A stretch of DNA of 64,000 nucleotides from assembly GCA_973895155.1 (NCBI GenBank), contig OZ316893.1:1240860-1304859 (forward strand), read 5' to 3'. A program made the translations under genes and the position numbers. The notes below the pieces were generated by a model. That model did not search any database. It was not told the DNA's origin and saw only the letters and a program-made list of their open reading frames with translations. Position 1 is the first letter of the stretch; each line of letters starts with the position of its first letter. This document shows, piece after piece, positions 24,171-36,545 of the stretch. The stretch is from Marsupella aquatica (Eukaryota; Plantae; Marchantiophyta).

Positions 24171-25729
24171 CGATTCCTTCCTGCAACGAAATCAGTAGCC
24201 TCTCGCGCAGCACGGCGTGCAATTGGGACTCGCATTCGATGCGGGATGTACGTTTGTGACAGGAATTTTCAGTCGGTTTGATTGACTGCTTGAAACGATT
24301 TGTGGGCTCGTTGCGAAAGGACCGGGTGGCTGAGCTTCTGGATGGTTTCCACTGTTCGATTTTTTGTTCAATTTGCAAAGGTGAGTTCGCGGGATTTGTC
24401 GACCTTCCCTGGGATTTTTGGTGCGGAGATAGCTGTGCCACCTCAGTTTCCCTCGTGTCTGTTGTTTCGAGGTGTCGTCGAAGAAGCTAAAGCTGTCGAT
24501 ATCTTCGCGGAGCCTCGTACAGTTTCTGAATTCCTCGGGACTTGAGCTTTTTGCTTGAATGTCATCTCCAGTCTTGCGAGTTGGCTTTTGCCGCCGTTTT
24601 CTGTTGCATGGTATCTTGGGCCTCGCGTCAACAGTGAGGGGTCGGGCTGTCGGAACTCCTTTCCTTTTCGGGCTTGCCCAGCATTCGAATTGCGTGCGAT
24701 GACTGTTTTGGATGACGAACCGGTTTCGGTCGATTCATGTCTGAAAGCTGGCAACGAAGTTTGCCGTTGAAAATTCTGTGTCCGCACCAGTCTTCCTGCA
24801 TTGGGAGCTTTGCCATAGCGTCCGAGGTTCCTGTGATTGCGAGTTTGGACAAATCGGCGCCAATTGACAGCCGACGTCTCGAAGCAGCTTCTTGCTCCGC
24901 TCGCATCCTGTGACCGGTTTAACCGACATTCCAATGTAGCGGCATCAATTTCAGCCCTGGCCAGCATTGTCGGTGACAGTTACTGATCAGAAGACGTGGC
25001 GGCTAAACGTATCAGGATCGATTAGAGGCCTTCGGGATTTTTATTGCTTGGGAGATGATGGGAGATGATGGGAGATGCTGGGACGTACAATAAAGTATGT
25101 GCCATTTCCCACCTTTGGTCTGAAGTATTGCTTCACCCGCCGACCGTCCGTCTAGGTGGCCATGCCATGCACAGCGGACATCGCTGACCTCACTTCCTAG
25201 CGAAGCTATCCACTTCCTTTGCTGCGGTGTGATCTGTCGGATTCTCTTCGCTCCCTCTCCTATGGCTCGACCGGCGGATTTTCAATTACACAAACTGCAC
25301 TAGATAATTGCGCTCGCTATTGTTTTCTGTGATTGACCCTCAATTGAAGAATTTATCGAGTGAGCAATATGGCTGTCGACGTCTTCTAAGAATAACGTTG
25401 TTTTGGTTTGAACAGTTATAATTGAGCGAGCGGAGATTGCGGTTAATTACCGGCAGCCTAAGGCTACATTTGGAGGTGACCGGAATTAGGCCGACGAGCA
25501 AACCTTGTGCAGAGCATCATCTGCCTGATTTGGGCGTGTGGAATCCAGGCAGGGAAGGTGCCTAAGGGGGTCGGAAGGAAAATAGATGACATGACACTGA
25601 ACTCAGAGCAAACTGGGGCTAACGTACCGGCTGCTTCCCCGGCGAGTCGGTAGATGCAATTCTCTAGCCGAATTGCGCTCGCCAGGCGGGGTAATTAAGA
25701 CCAGGAAGAGGCAGACAATTCAACTTAGA

Positions 25730-28700
25730 ATGGCGACCGATCGCCACTTCCAAAACACTCTGGCAGATTACAAGCCATCAGGGGTTGTTGAACGCGAAAT
25801 TCCAGAGGCGGTCGCTGCGGCATCCGAAGATCAGCTCGTGAAAGTTCCCCCTCTATTCCGGGAGCATTCCTTTCCATCGTCCGAGCTCTTTCTGAAGGCA
25901 GCCATCGATCTCAAAAACGAGGTCCGTACAGTACCTCTTCCCACTTCTGTACACTTGTCTGATGGGCGTCGTTGATAAATCCCTTGCTGCCTAACGAGAC
26001 GGGTGTCGATAAGCTCGGGGCATGATTTGAACCACCAAACGAGAACAACGCTAGCAACACCGTGGAATTCGTACCCCAAAGTTGGGGATAGCTTGTACGG
26101 CAGCATGATCCTCTTTTGGCCACAACGTATTGGACCGGGCGCTGGCTTTTCGAAGAAGTTTGAAGTGTTCCGTCGATGACCTCAACTTGTTTGAACAATG
26201 ACTAAATCGTTTCCTGCGTCGCGATTTAGAGATTTATTCGGTAATTGCATGAAAGAAGTGGCTTTCGAACAGTTATGGTGCGGAGTCTCTGTTTCAGAAA
26301 GTTCGCCTCTGCCTGTGAAGTTTTTTCTGCGGAGGTTAGGACGGTGTCGAGACTCGACCAGTAGCACCCAAACTTGATGGAAATTATTTGGGCTCTGGAC
26401 TCTCTATGTTAGTAAACTCTGTCCGGTTTTGGCCAGAAAACATGTATCGTTTTTCTTCTCAAGTTAGGACATCGTCGAAACTCGGTCAAGAGGACCCCTG
26501 CTGATAAGGATTTCTTGCGTGCTCTGGAGATCTCTAAAACTTCGCTACCTTCTGCCTACAATGCTTACTGCCAGCCGTCAACTTCTTTCCATAACCCCAG
26601 AGTTTTGAGGGTAGTCACGAGCAGTCGATATAACGAGGTCGGGATTTGACTATGACTGACGGATGCTCGGGACCTACTTTCAGGTTGTGCAATCTACATG
26701 GAGGAGAAACGCTTCAAGAGTGAACGATCCCACAATGTACGTAGGAGTACTGGGAACAGCGTTTCTGTGCTTCAAGGTGTATCAAGTTACCGGGAGCCAA
26801 GATGACCTCACCCAGTGTCTAGATATAGTGGATGCCTGTGCTGCTGCGGCACTAACCATGAAACCGTAAGATCCAAGAAACCGACATCACATCCACCAGT
26901 ATGACCTTCATTGATGTTATTATATTTAAATCGTTCTCTTGTTGCACTAACGCGTTGCCATGTATTTGTCCCACCTCATAATGACATACATAGTTTTGTC
27001 TCACCACCAGCAATGGTTGCCGGCATCTCCTGGGATTTCAGTTTCCGGCTTGAAACAGTTTCTTTTGGAAAATTGATTTTCTTGAGCTGTCCAAACGTTT
27101 CTTCTCACAGTCGATCTGGTTCCAGATATGTCACTTTTCTATGCGGACAGCCAGGAATTTATGCTCTTGGTGCTGCTGCTGCCCAAGCGAGAGGGGATGA
27201 GAAACGTCTGAATCACTACCTTAGTCTCTTCGATGAGGTATTTTACCCAAACCTCAATTCTTGCACTGTCTACGGCATCAGTTAGTCAAGTTGCCCATCA
27301 ATCGTTGCTCGCCACCCAGTTGTTACAGCGACGTTATCTGCAAACCCCGTGATTTAAGCCTTCTTGGTGATATGCCTTCTTTCTTGTTAAACTCAGCTGT
27401 TTGGCATCCACTCTTCAACAAGCTTCGTGAAGTCTTCCCCCTTTTTGCTCAATGTCAGATCTACTCGCTAGACATCTGAGGTTCCAGTGAATGCAATGAA
27501 TATGTATGCGATACAACCTTGGAGATGGAGACTTAACACGATTGCTGGGCGCAGATTGCAAACGAGAGAGCACTTGCGGTCGGTCCTGCAGAAGGTGGGC
27601 TTGGGATTCCGTACGAGCTTTTATATGGGCGAGCAGGATTTCTGTGGGCTGTCCTATTCTTAAACAAGCATGTGGGCGATGACACAATACCTTGGACAAC
27701 CACGGTAAGGTCAAAACTAACCATCACATCTTCTTGTAACTGCGCGGAGATCGTATTTAAGGTTCATTAAAAGCATTTCATATTTCTCATGCAGGGTCCG
27801 ATTGTTGATGGAATTCTAGCAGCGGGTCGAGCTGGAGCTAGTCAATCAAAGTGCCCATTAATGTACCAATGGCATGGAACACGCTACTGGGGTGCGGCGC
27901 ATGGACTTGCAGGCATCATACATGTGCTCCTACATTTTCCCTTAAGCGAGGACGATTCCAATGATGTGAAAAGTACTTTGCGGTATATGATCAAAAACCG
28001 TTTTCTGAGAGGGAATTACCCATCCAGTGAAGGGAACAACAGGGATCGACTTGTCCACTGGTGTCACGGTGCTCCAGGCATAGCCCTCACATTATGCAAA
28101 GCTGCTGAGGTAGGTGACGCAACTCCGGCTTCATTTTCGGGTTTGGACTAAGATCGTTTTAAAGCCCAGTAGAGCGTTCTTAATTCCCGACGACCCAAAA
28201 TCAGGTCATAAAATAAGTGTAAATGAACTAGCAGCGACACAGTAGCAGCTAGACTCATGTCTTAAATAGATCTCAGATATCGATGGACAAAATGGCTGCC
28301 CATAGGCGATCTGCAGAACAATTTTGCAATTCTGGGGATGAGTAACTCGTACGGTGAGAGAAACGCTGGAGCGTATCAGTAATGGTGTCTCACATTGTCA
28401 ATTCGGTAGAGGATTTAAATTCTTTTGCAGAACTCTTCTCATAGATAGTGAAGACAACGGACAAGAGCTCTAATGTTGGTAGTTGGTCTCGTAAGTTTAA
28501 AGGGGTGTCAGAAGAAGCATTCTAAATGGTCTCAATTGTAAGTAGTTGGAATTTAGAAATCAGTCTGTCGGGATAGTAAGTTTGCTTTCCATGTCTCTCA
28601 TAACATTTGCTCTTTCCAGCCAATAATTCCTTGTTAATTTCCTGACAGATGTATCCTGAGGAGGAGGAGTTCCGTCTTGCTGCTCTGGAGGCTGCAGATG

Positions 28701-28990
28701 TTGTCTGGGAACGAGGCTTGTTGCGAAGAGTTGGTCTCTGCCACGGAGTGAGTGGTAACGCCTATGTATTTTTTGCCGTGCACCGCCTGTTTGGGGGCAA
28801 AAAACATCTGCACAGGGCAAAAGCGTTCGCCGGGTTCCTTCACGACCGAGCCTTTTCGCTGATATCGACAGGTGAAATGCACGGCGGGGATCATCCTCAC
28901 TCGCTGTTTGAAGGCTTGGCTGGAACAGCGTGCCTCTTGCTTGATGCAACCCAACCCGAGAAGTCCGCATTTCCAGGGTACGAGCTTTGA
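25730..28990 (+). CDS. GCL1: LanC-like protein (GCR2/GCL family, GCL1 type); exons 25730-25921, 26684-26865, 27126-27237, 27555-27704, 27795-28109, 28649-28990
   Basis: All GT-AG and frame-consistent; motifs VTFLCG, VGPAEGGLGIPYELLYGRAGFLWA, YWGAAHGLAGI, VHWCHGAPG, GLCHGVSGNAY, HSLFEGLAG and FPGYEL*. Confidence 0.93.
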
Positions 28991-30460
28991 TGAATTGGTC
29001 GACGATGATGGTGAGAGATGCTAGCGGAGGTACTACGCACGTTCTGGTCCCCTGAACTCCTAGTTTAAAGAATGGGACCGTATGTCAGAGACACAAGCTC
29101 GGATTGCAACCGGAAGCAAGCGAGAAAAGAAAAGCGTATCATTACCGAAACAATACAGGCTTTACCGTGTTGCAGAAAGACAATATCCATTCCTTCTCAA
29201 GGTTTCCATGCAGACGACCCCGGAAAAAATTTACAGATGACCCAGAGCTCTCTTTTGGGGTTATTGTAGTTGAATGGAATGTATTGCAACTCCCTCGCTT
29301 CTGAGCGTAATGACTTAGTTGGAGACAAGGTACACAGGTTTTCAATCCCAAGTTAACGACTTAGTTCGACACGAAGTACAGGTTTTCAATCTCGTGTTCC
29401 GGTATTATAAGGATCGAAACTACCAAGATCCTGATGTAGAGTTTCACTTCGTGGGTTTATGATAGCAACCAAATTCCAGTATTGTGGGACAAAGCTCCCC
29501 ACCTTATAATGGACATTGAAATTGTGGTAGTTCTTCAAAAGATCTGAGAAATAATATGAAAGGGGGCCTTCTGGTCGAGATCGCGAGCTCGGGACTGCTT
29601 TATTGTGTTTCATGAAGTGTGGTTGACCATTCCGGATATATGTAAAGAATGGATCATCCTATGAGTTTGGTTTTCCGGTGTTGAGTACTTTCGCTTCCTA
29701 GGTAGGTACATGGGCCTGCAAGGTTCTATGATACATTAGGCTACAAGTATGAACTATATTAGGCTATATCATGTGATTCCATTTCGGTGGATGTGCACTA
29801 AACACTATCTAAGAAGAGGCAGGACTGCTTCATTGGTGTATATTACGGAAAAGCACTGCAAATCGACGTTCAATCGACGACTGATCCAGTTCAGAGCAGA
29901 TCTCATTCTCCTGTAAGACGAAACATTCATGAAGAGAATTATAAACTTTCCAATGAAACCTCCCAGCCATTTCGATACTATATTTGCATTTGATAGGTGG
30001 CAGTCAATGGGAATAAAAATCGTTTGGATCTTGATCCTTCCAACGGAAGTACCAGTCATGTTACCAACTCGTGTACCCCAAACCATCACAATTACGCCAC
30101 GGAGCAGGGACGTAATACCCTTGATACATACACCCTATGATCCAAAGTTGCACACAGGGACCATCATAAAGAGTGTTCAGGTACTCTAAAAACACGAGGT
30201 CAAATTAATTCACTGACAAATAAGTCACTTGTCCTAGCTTCTCCGCGGTTTGGAGAAATGGGAGTTAGGTACGATGCAGTCTCATGGGAGAGAAATATCT
30301 TTAACTGAAAGGAAACTCCATTGCCATTATGATGAGGTCAGATTTCTTATCCCTCTTGTATTAAGCCCGTACCAAAAAATTGGATCCAATAGTGGATCAC
30401 AGGATAATTGATGACGAAACCCCACTCTTCTCTTCTATGAAACACTGGCGCAATATGCAA

Positions 30461-33400
30461 TCAACAGCAAACTGCTCGTTGGGTTTTCAACAGCCGATCC
30501 CAAAGACACAGCATATCCCGTGGGGTCTGATAGTGAGCAGTCACGTAGTCTGGACTACAGCCAGCACTAAAAAACCTTCTATTATCAATATACGCAACGG
30601 ACTTATTTTGTGACCTCTGGAACTCACGAACCCACGCACCCATTGCAACATCCTCTAGCTTGAATATCTGCAAGCATTCACCAGCATTAGATGGATTCGG
30701 ATCATTTCAAAAGTAGAATAAAATAAATTGTCGAGTATTCCACATCCCAGCATTACGTACGCAATAGTTCTGTAAATTCAAAACAGTTCAAAGAAACAAG
30801 CAGGTGTCTAGCCACTCCCAGGAGTAACCCACCTGTAGCTGTGATGAGGCACTGACTCTGGAAACAAATTCAGCAATGTCCCCAGAGAAAACATATCCTG
30901 GACCATGTGCCCAGGGTGGAAATGTATCATCCGCCCACTCCTGCCGAAAGATGGTGCAAGTCAGGAGAAGTCTCACACAGCTCAATAAATCATCTGCATT
31001 AAATTTAGGGTCAGCCTTACCCTGTGGAAGAAATATATGGCTCACACTACTGACGTCAACCAGGTGACACTCGATTCTGTGTCAGGATTTGCAGGCATTG
31101 ACAAACTAATGTAGCTGTCGATGATAAACTTGAAGGACACCAATCTACAAGTTTCAATGTCTCGTTATGGAATGTGGTGCTCAGTGAATGAACAACATTT
31201 AACTGTAGGACACCAATGTACAAGTTTCAATGTCTCGTTATGGAATGTGATGGCCAATGCTCAGTCAATGAACAACATTTAACTGTATTTACCTGAGGTG
31301 AGATATGCCATTTACTGGTTGGATCACGATTTGGTCCACTCTCAAACTCCACTTCACCAAGAAGACAACTCTGGTTTGATGATGACGTGTTTTGAAGAAG
31401 GGAGAGAATTGTATCAACTCGAACAAATGTATCATCATCTGTCTTCATCACATATTCTGCTGTCAAATGCTTTGTCTGTAGATCAAGCCAGAACCATGCC
31501 CATCAGTCCTCTGTAGCTGTGATATGGCAGCCTCGAGCTGAATAATATTCACCGTGGCTTACATGGGACAATATAGCATTGCTGATTCTTGAAGGCAGAT
31601 ATTCTTCAATCTGCAAAATCACCCTTTCACCACTAATTAGACCCCTATGGACTTTAAAAGGCCATGGATGTACCGCAAAAATGCAGATGGCAGCAGTTTT
31701 CAGTGTGATCAAATGATAGTAGTCCACAAACGGTAGAAGCTGAAGATCACCGAATGTCTTTGCTTCCTCCGAAAGCTCCTTGTTCACTTGGACCTGTGTA
31801 TGCTGCGTTAACAATGCCATGGCCCAAGTTCAGAGAGATGAAAGGAACAACGAGATCTGCAAAAGAGGCCAACAACTTTCGGGCAATCAAAGAGGAAACA
31901 GATGTTCTATGCTCTTGACAATGTTGTCTTCTAAGTCTGGAAATTTCGAAGTTAATCTAAATCTCCTGGTAAGAGTTTCAGCATAAGACAGGCTTCCTAT
32001 GCTCCGAAGAACCTAAGACTTGGCCAATTCAAGCAACAAACCATCTTCTATTACAAAATTGAATTGTTCACTGGACGGAAACAAATTCAGATCTTGATTC
32101 CGCCTTTCTTCAAATCGTGTGGCTAGGTTCACTGCGCTACTTAGACAACCAAGAATACTTCGATAGTCATTAGTTACGCACGCAGATGCACGGTCACTCA
32201 GACTGCAAACCTATAATTGTTAGTTGCCAAAAATGGGAAAGATGAGATGTCATACCAAGCCAACAAAGAAACGCACAACCACATCACCAGAACGGACAGC
32301 GTCATACTGCATCCATGACTTCCGCTGTGCCATTCTCCGGTCAAAGTTGCTGCTAGAGGAGAATACACCAATAAACAGTGCCACCTTCTTGTCTTTTGGC
32401 GGCAGGGGAGATGCCTTCAAATCTTCTAACCCCGGCATACCTGCGAGGTTTTCCGACGCTGGAAGACCTGTAGCAAATATAGATGCTACCCGCAGACCTC
32501 CGTGTATGTCCACTTTGCCAACCAGTGCTGGTTCATGGCCCTGCATAACGACGCAATCAAACAGACATGTGAGCTGCTGGTTAACTACTGCACAATTTTG
32601 CGGCGCCGTGGCCAATCGAATTGAAAATGCTCTAAGGACACCGGGAAAAAGCAGGAGTGAAAGCAGTAATTTTACCTCGCGATACCCAAAAGAGGAAACG
32701 TGTTTTCCATTGACCGTGACATGAAAGCCATCCCATCCAGCCCATATTGTGGCAGCGAATGGCATTCCCTCCACAAACGGAAACCAGGGTTTCTCTTTCT
32801 CGGATCCTGAGTATACACTGTGCCAATTGCTTGCCCCAGCATCCTTGGTGGCTGAAGGCTTCCATGCAATCGTTCCAACTTGCTCAATACAGCGGTCAAG
32901 TCCGTCAACTGCAGTATACGAGTGTAGCCCCCATGGTAACAACAACATCAGGAGATAACAAACGAAACAGTAGTCAACGTACACACATATAAGTAGACAT
33001 GGATTGACACCCACGCAATCTGAAATGACAAGCTCCAGTTTACAAGGACATCAAATGCTGCAACTCTGACCTTCGCTTGGTTCCAGGTCCACTGGAGATG
33101 GACAACGCTCTTCATCTCCCCAATTACTTGCGGAAGACCAAGTGTTCTGAATAATAACTGGTTTCTCTGTCAGTGAATCACCCCGAATCCGGACATTGTA
33201 GTGCAATATGACTGGAGGTCGTCCAGAGTCACCGGGGATCTTGGCTCCCTTGAGATCAATATGAAATTCAGCAGAACCATGAACTGGGGTGGCAACTACA
33301 GTGATTGAGGAATCGAGAATTAGTCCACATGGAAGAGCTACTTCATGACCATTGCCAATTGTTGATTCCACAGAATCTGGACAAAGTTTGTCGTCCTTTT

Positions 33401-33764
33401 TGCTCCCTTCATCCATATATGGTAAGAGGCTGTCCCACGCCAGTAAACCTTCCCTGAAGCTTTCCACCACTTCCACCGGAAGATCAGATCTATTCAGGAT
33501 GCGTTTCAATCCACTCCATGCTCCTAAACTTGGTCGTAGAGAAGTTAGATTTGAAGCAAGAACCTTGGACATCTGTGCGGGAGGGCTGGGATGGGTGTGC
33601 CTGATAGTATCATATGGGTCATTTCCAGTTTTACTTTTCCAGAGAGATTTCGAAAAGAAATCCACATACACAAATCGAGCTGGCCCTTCTAGAAACCCAA
33701 ACCTTATGATGAAAATAAGACACACAGTCAACACAATTGCTCCCCATTCAAACTTCTTCTTCAT
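30461..33764 (-). CDS. GALT1: GT31 beta-1,3-galactosyltransferase with galectin domain (GALT1 type); exons 33764-33071, 32908-32676, 32540-32256, 31802-31674, 31475-31293, 30940-30833, 30667-30461
   Basis: N-terminal TM anchor; [76 protein letters not shown] and C-terminal CLW..CC*; the GALT1 versus Hyp-GALT call is by resemblance. Confidence 0.9.
31135..31288. repeat. ~74-bp tandem duplication in a GALT1 intron
   Basis: ggacaccaat.tacaagtttcaatgtctcgttatggaatgtg occurs twice. Confidence 0.85.
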
Positions 33765-34659
33765 GTTCCTGCTCCGATACGACGTTTGAGTCGGCTTCAC
33801 TTCTCAAAGCTTTCCATCCCAACCTTCTGCATAGTAAGGACTCCAGGTATCAACCATGGCATGTAGTGACTTTCCAGACAACCTTCCTGCTGTCCCTTCC
33901 ACAATTGTAAGCAAACCATGTGTAAGTGATGGTCTACGGCAACAACTTTGAATAATTCCAGTCACATTATTTTGGTCGGCATTAGGGTCCTCGAGAGCTT
34001 TAGGCTGTAGTCACCATTGTCCCTGACAAATTGCACGAATCAAAACCATTGGTGCTTGAACCAGACACGTCTCTGAACCTAATCTCCTTCATTGAAACCG
34101 GTATTGCCCCATGCGAGAGCCAGTTGCGCCCTCTCCGAGTTCACTTGCCGCTTCCCCTAGTTCCGTTCAAAACCACTCCCTATCTGAAGTCGCTCAAAGT
34201 ACAACACTTCGAAGAAAAAACGCAATCCTATGTAATCATTCAAGCTCCTCAATTGAGCTCGGAGAACTTAGTGGTCCAGTACCGTATTCAATGTCGGGAA
34301 GCAGCCCTGAACGCCGAAATTCACAGGTAGCGATCCTCCTACCTGTCTCTCTCTGTCTCAGGAGCTCTTGTAAAAAAGTGTCTCAACGCACTACTCATGA
34401 TTCATGCTTTCTTTCCTTGCTCTTCGGGCATTCCGCCGATCCAGAGTGTACTGGGGCCGTAGTTGACGTGAGTAGAGATCTATGAAGGGAGCTCGATGGC
34501 GAATGAATTGGCGACGACCGTGAGAGACTGATCAGTGACGAGAATGCTGGCAGGCTGGGCCTGGGGCGGGTACCAAGGTACGTACGGCTGAGTACGGTGG
34601 GTACTTTCACATTACAGGACGGCAGCAATAATTAAAGGAGGAAGCCAACACACTCGGAC

Positions 34660-35135
34660 TACTCTGTTCTGTGGCTCTGTCCTGTTTTTAGTAGTAGTCT
34701 TAGCGTTTGCCTTAAAGAGAGTAGTTCTTCAATTTTACTCTGTTCTGTGTCGCTGCCTCCTTCTTCGTCGTCGTCTTTGCCTTGAAGAAAAATAATTCTT
34801 CAATTTGCTCTGTTCTGCGTCGCTGCCTCCTTCGTCATCGTCTTTGCCTTGAGAGAATATGTCTTCAATTTGCTGTGTTCTGTGGCTCTGTCTTCTTTTT
34901 CGTCGTAGTCTTTGCCTTGACGAGGAGAATTCTTCACTTCACTCTGTTCTGTGGCTCTATCTTCTTTTCTTCGTAGTCTTCGCCTTGAAGAGAAGAATTC
35001 TTTGATTCACTCTGTTCTGTGGCTCTGTCTTCTTTTCTTCGTAGTCTTGCCTTGAAGAAAAGAATTGTTTGATTCACTCTGTTCTGTGGCTCTGTCTTCT
35101 TCTTCTCGTAGTCTTTGCCTTGACGAGAATAATTT
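34660..35135. repeat. ~67-bp pyrimidine-rich minisatellite (about 7 copies) upstream of GALT1
   Basis: actctgttctgtggctctgtcttc...gtagtctttgccttga at 34661, 34941, 35009, 35076 and others. Confidence 0.9.
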
Positions 35136-35614
35136 CTTTACGGACCCATAAAAATTCTCCTGAGCTTCCACATGATTGCGAAGTTTAATTTTATTAGGCC
35201 TGCTGATGGTGCCTCACTCTTTGGCACTTTTTCATTATGGCAGTGTCATATAATTCTTGACGATTGATAAGTATTAGTTGCGAAGTCATACTACCATATA
35301 GTTGCCTCTCCTAATACATAACTGATTTTACTTATTAGTTTTTAATTACATTGTCACTAAAGATATGCTTAATTATAATACTGTCATCAATGTTTTTGTA
35401 AGTGTCATGGTTTTACAATAAGGATAAACCCAAGATGGACAAGGGTTAACCACAGGTCAGATTACATCAGTATGGGGCACACGTTAGGTTAGGGTCTGTT
35501 CAGTAGGCACTGTGTCATAGATTACCCTTGAGTTCTCCAGACGGGTTGGCTCAAGAGCAATCTGTAGCGTCTCTTACTCACTTACAACCTTGACCTCTCT
35601 TGCTCATGAGCTCA

Positions 35615-36545
35615 ACTTATATCAACCCATTGCTAGCCTAGCCATTTAGTTTTAAGCTTCAATGTTGGTACAATGAAGTGTGAAGGCTATTCCTCAAATT
35701 CTCCACTCAATTCTTAACTTATGTTGACAATCATGGGCTCATTTTGGATAGCCAGCATCAAAATTTATGCTCAATTAAATGGCATGCACCATCAGTGGCC
35801 TGCTAAACTAAATGGCTAGCACCATCACAACTTAGATCAACCCGCTGTTGGCCTAGCCATTTAGTTTTAAGCTGCAGTGTTGATACACTGAAGTGTCACA
35901 TTCTATTTTTCAAATCACTCACTCAATTCTTAACTTATGTTGACAATCATAGACTTGTTTAAAAAGTATCGTCAAGACCTCTCCAACACTGTGTTACACA
36001 TTTAATTTTGTTACCATTTGACTTGGCAATGCCAAATCAAAATTTGCAATTTGCTGTCAAGAAAAGTTCCATGGAAATCAATTTTTTTATTCATTGCAAC
36101 TCTTCAAATCTTAACTCGGATCTACAATCTTGGAGTCTTAAGGAGTGGATTGTAGCGATCTTTCTAGTGCACATTAGTGTGAGCTCAACTCAGATCAACC
36201 TACTGCTGCCATAGCCATTCAGTTTTCACCTTCAATGTCTATATGATGAAGTGTGAAATCTATTTTTCAAATCACTCACTCAACTCTTAACTAATGTCAA
36301 TTGAGAATCATAGGCTCTATAGGATACTCTCGTCAAGATCTCTCTAACCCCTGTGTTACACACTGAATTTGTTACCATTTGACTTGGCAAAGTAAAATCA
36401 AAATTCACGATTCGCTGCCAAGAAAAGTTCTGCAAAAATTTTAATTTTTGATTCATTGTAACTCTTTCAAATATTGAGAAAAATCTACAATCTTGGAGAC
36501 TTTAGGAGCAGATTGAAGACATCCTTCTAATGCACCATAGTACAC
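35615..36545. repeat. Diverged large tandem duplications
   Basis: tagccatt(t/c)agtttt at about 35640, 35855 and 36212; ttgttaccatttgacttggcaa at about 36008 and 36369. Confidence 0.7.

Noticed and set aside
23858-24967. Cluster of overlapping ORFs upstream of GCL1
   Set aside because: Driven by CT/GA microsatellite and GC-rich leader sequence; no recognisable domain; more likely promoter, 5' UTR or intron
25730-28990. LanC as part of a lanthipeptide cluster
   Set aside because: It is an intron-containing plant GCL1-type gene; no LanB/LanM or precursor peptide is nearby
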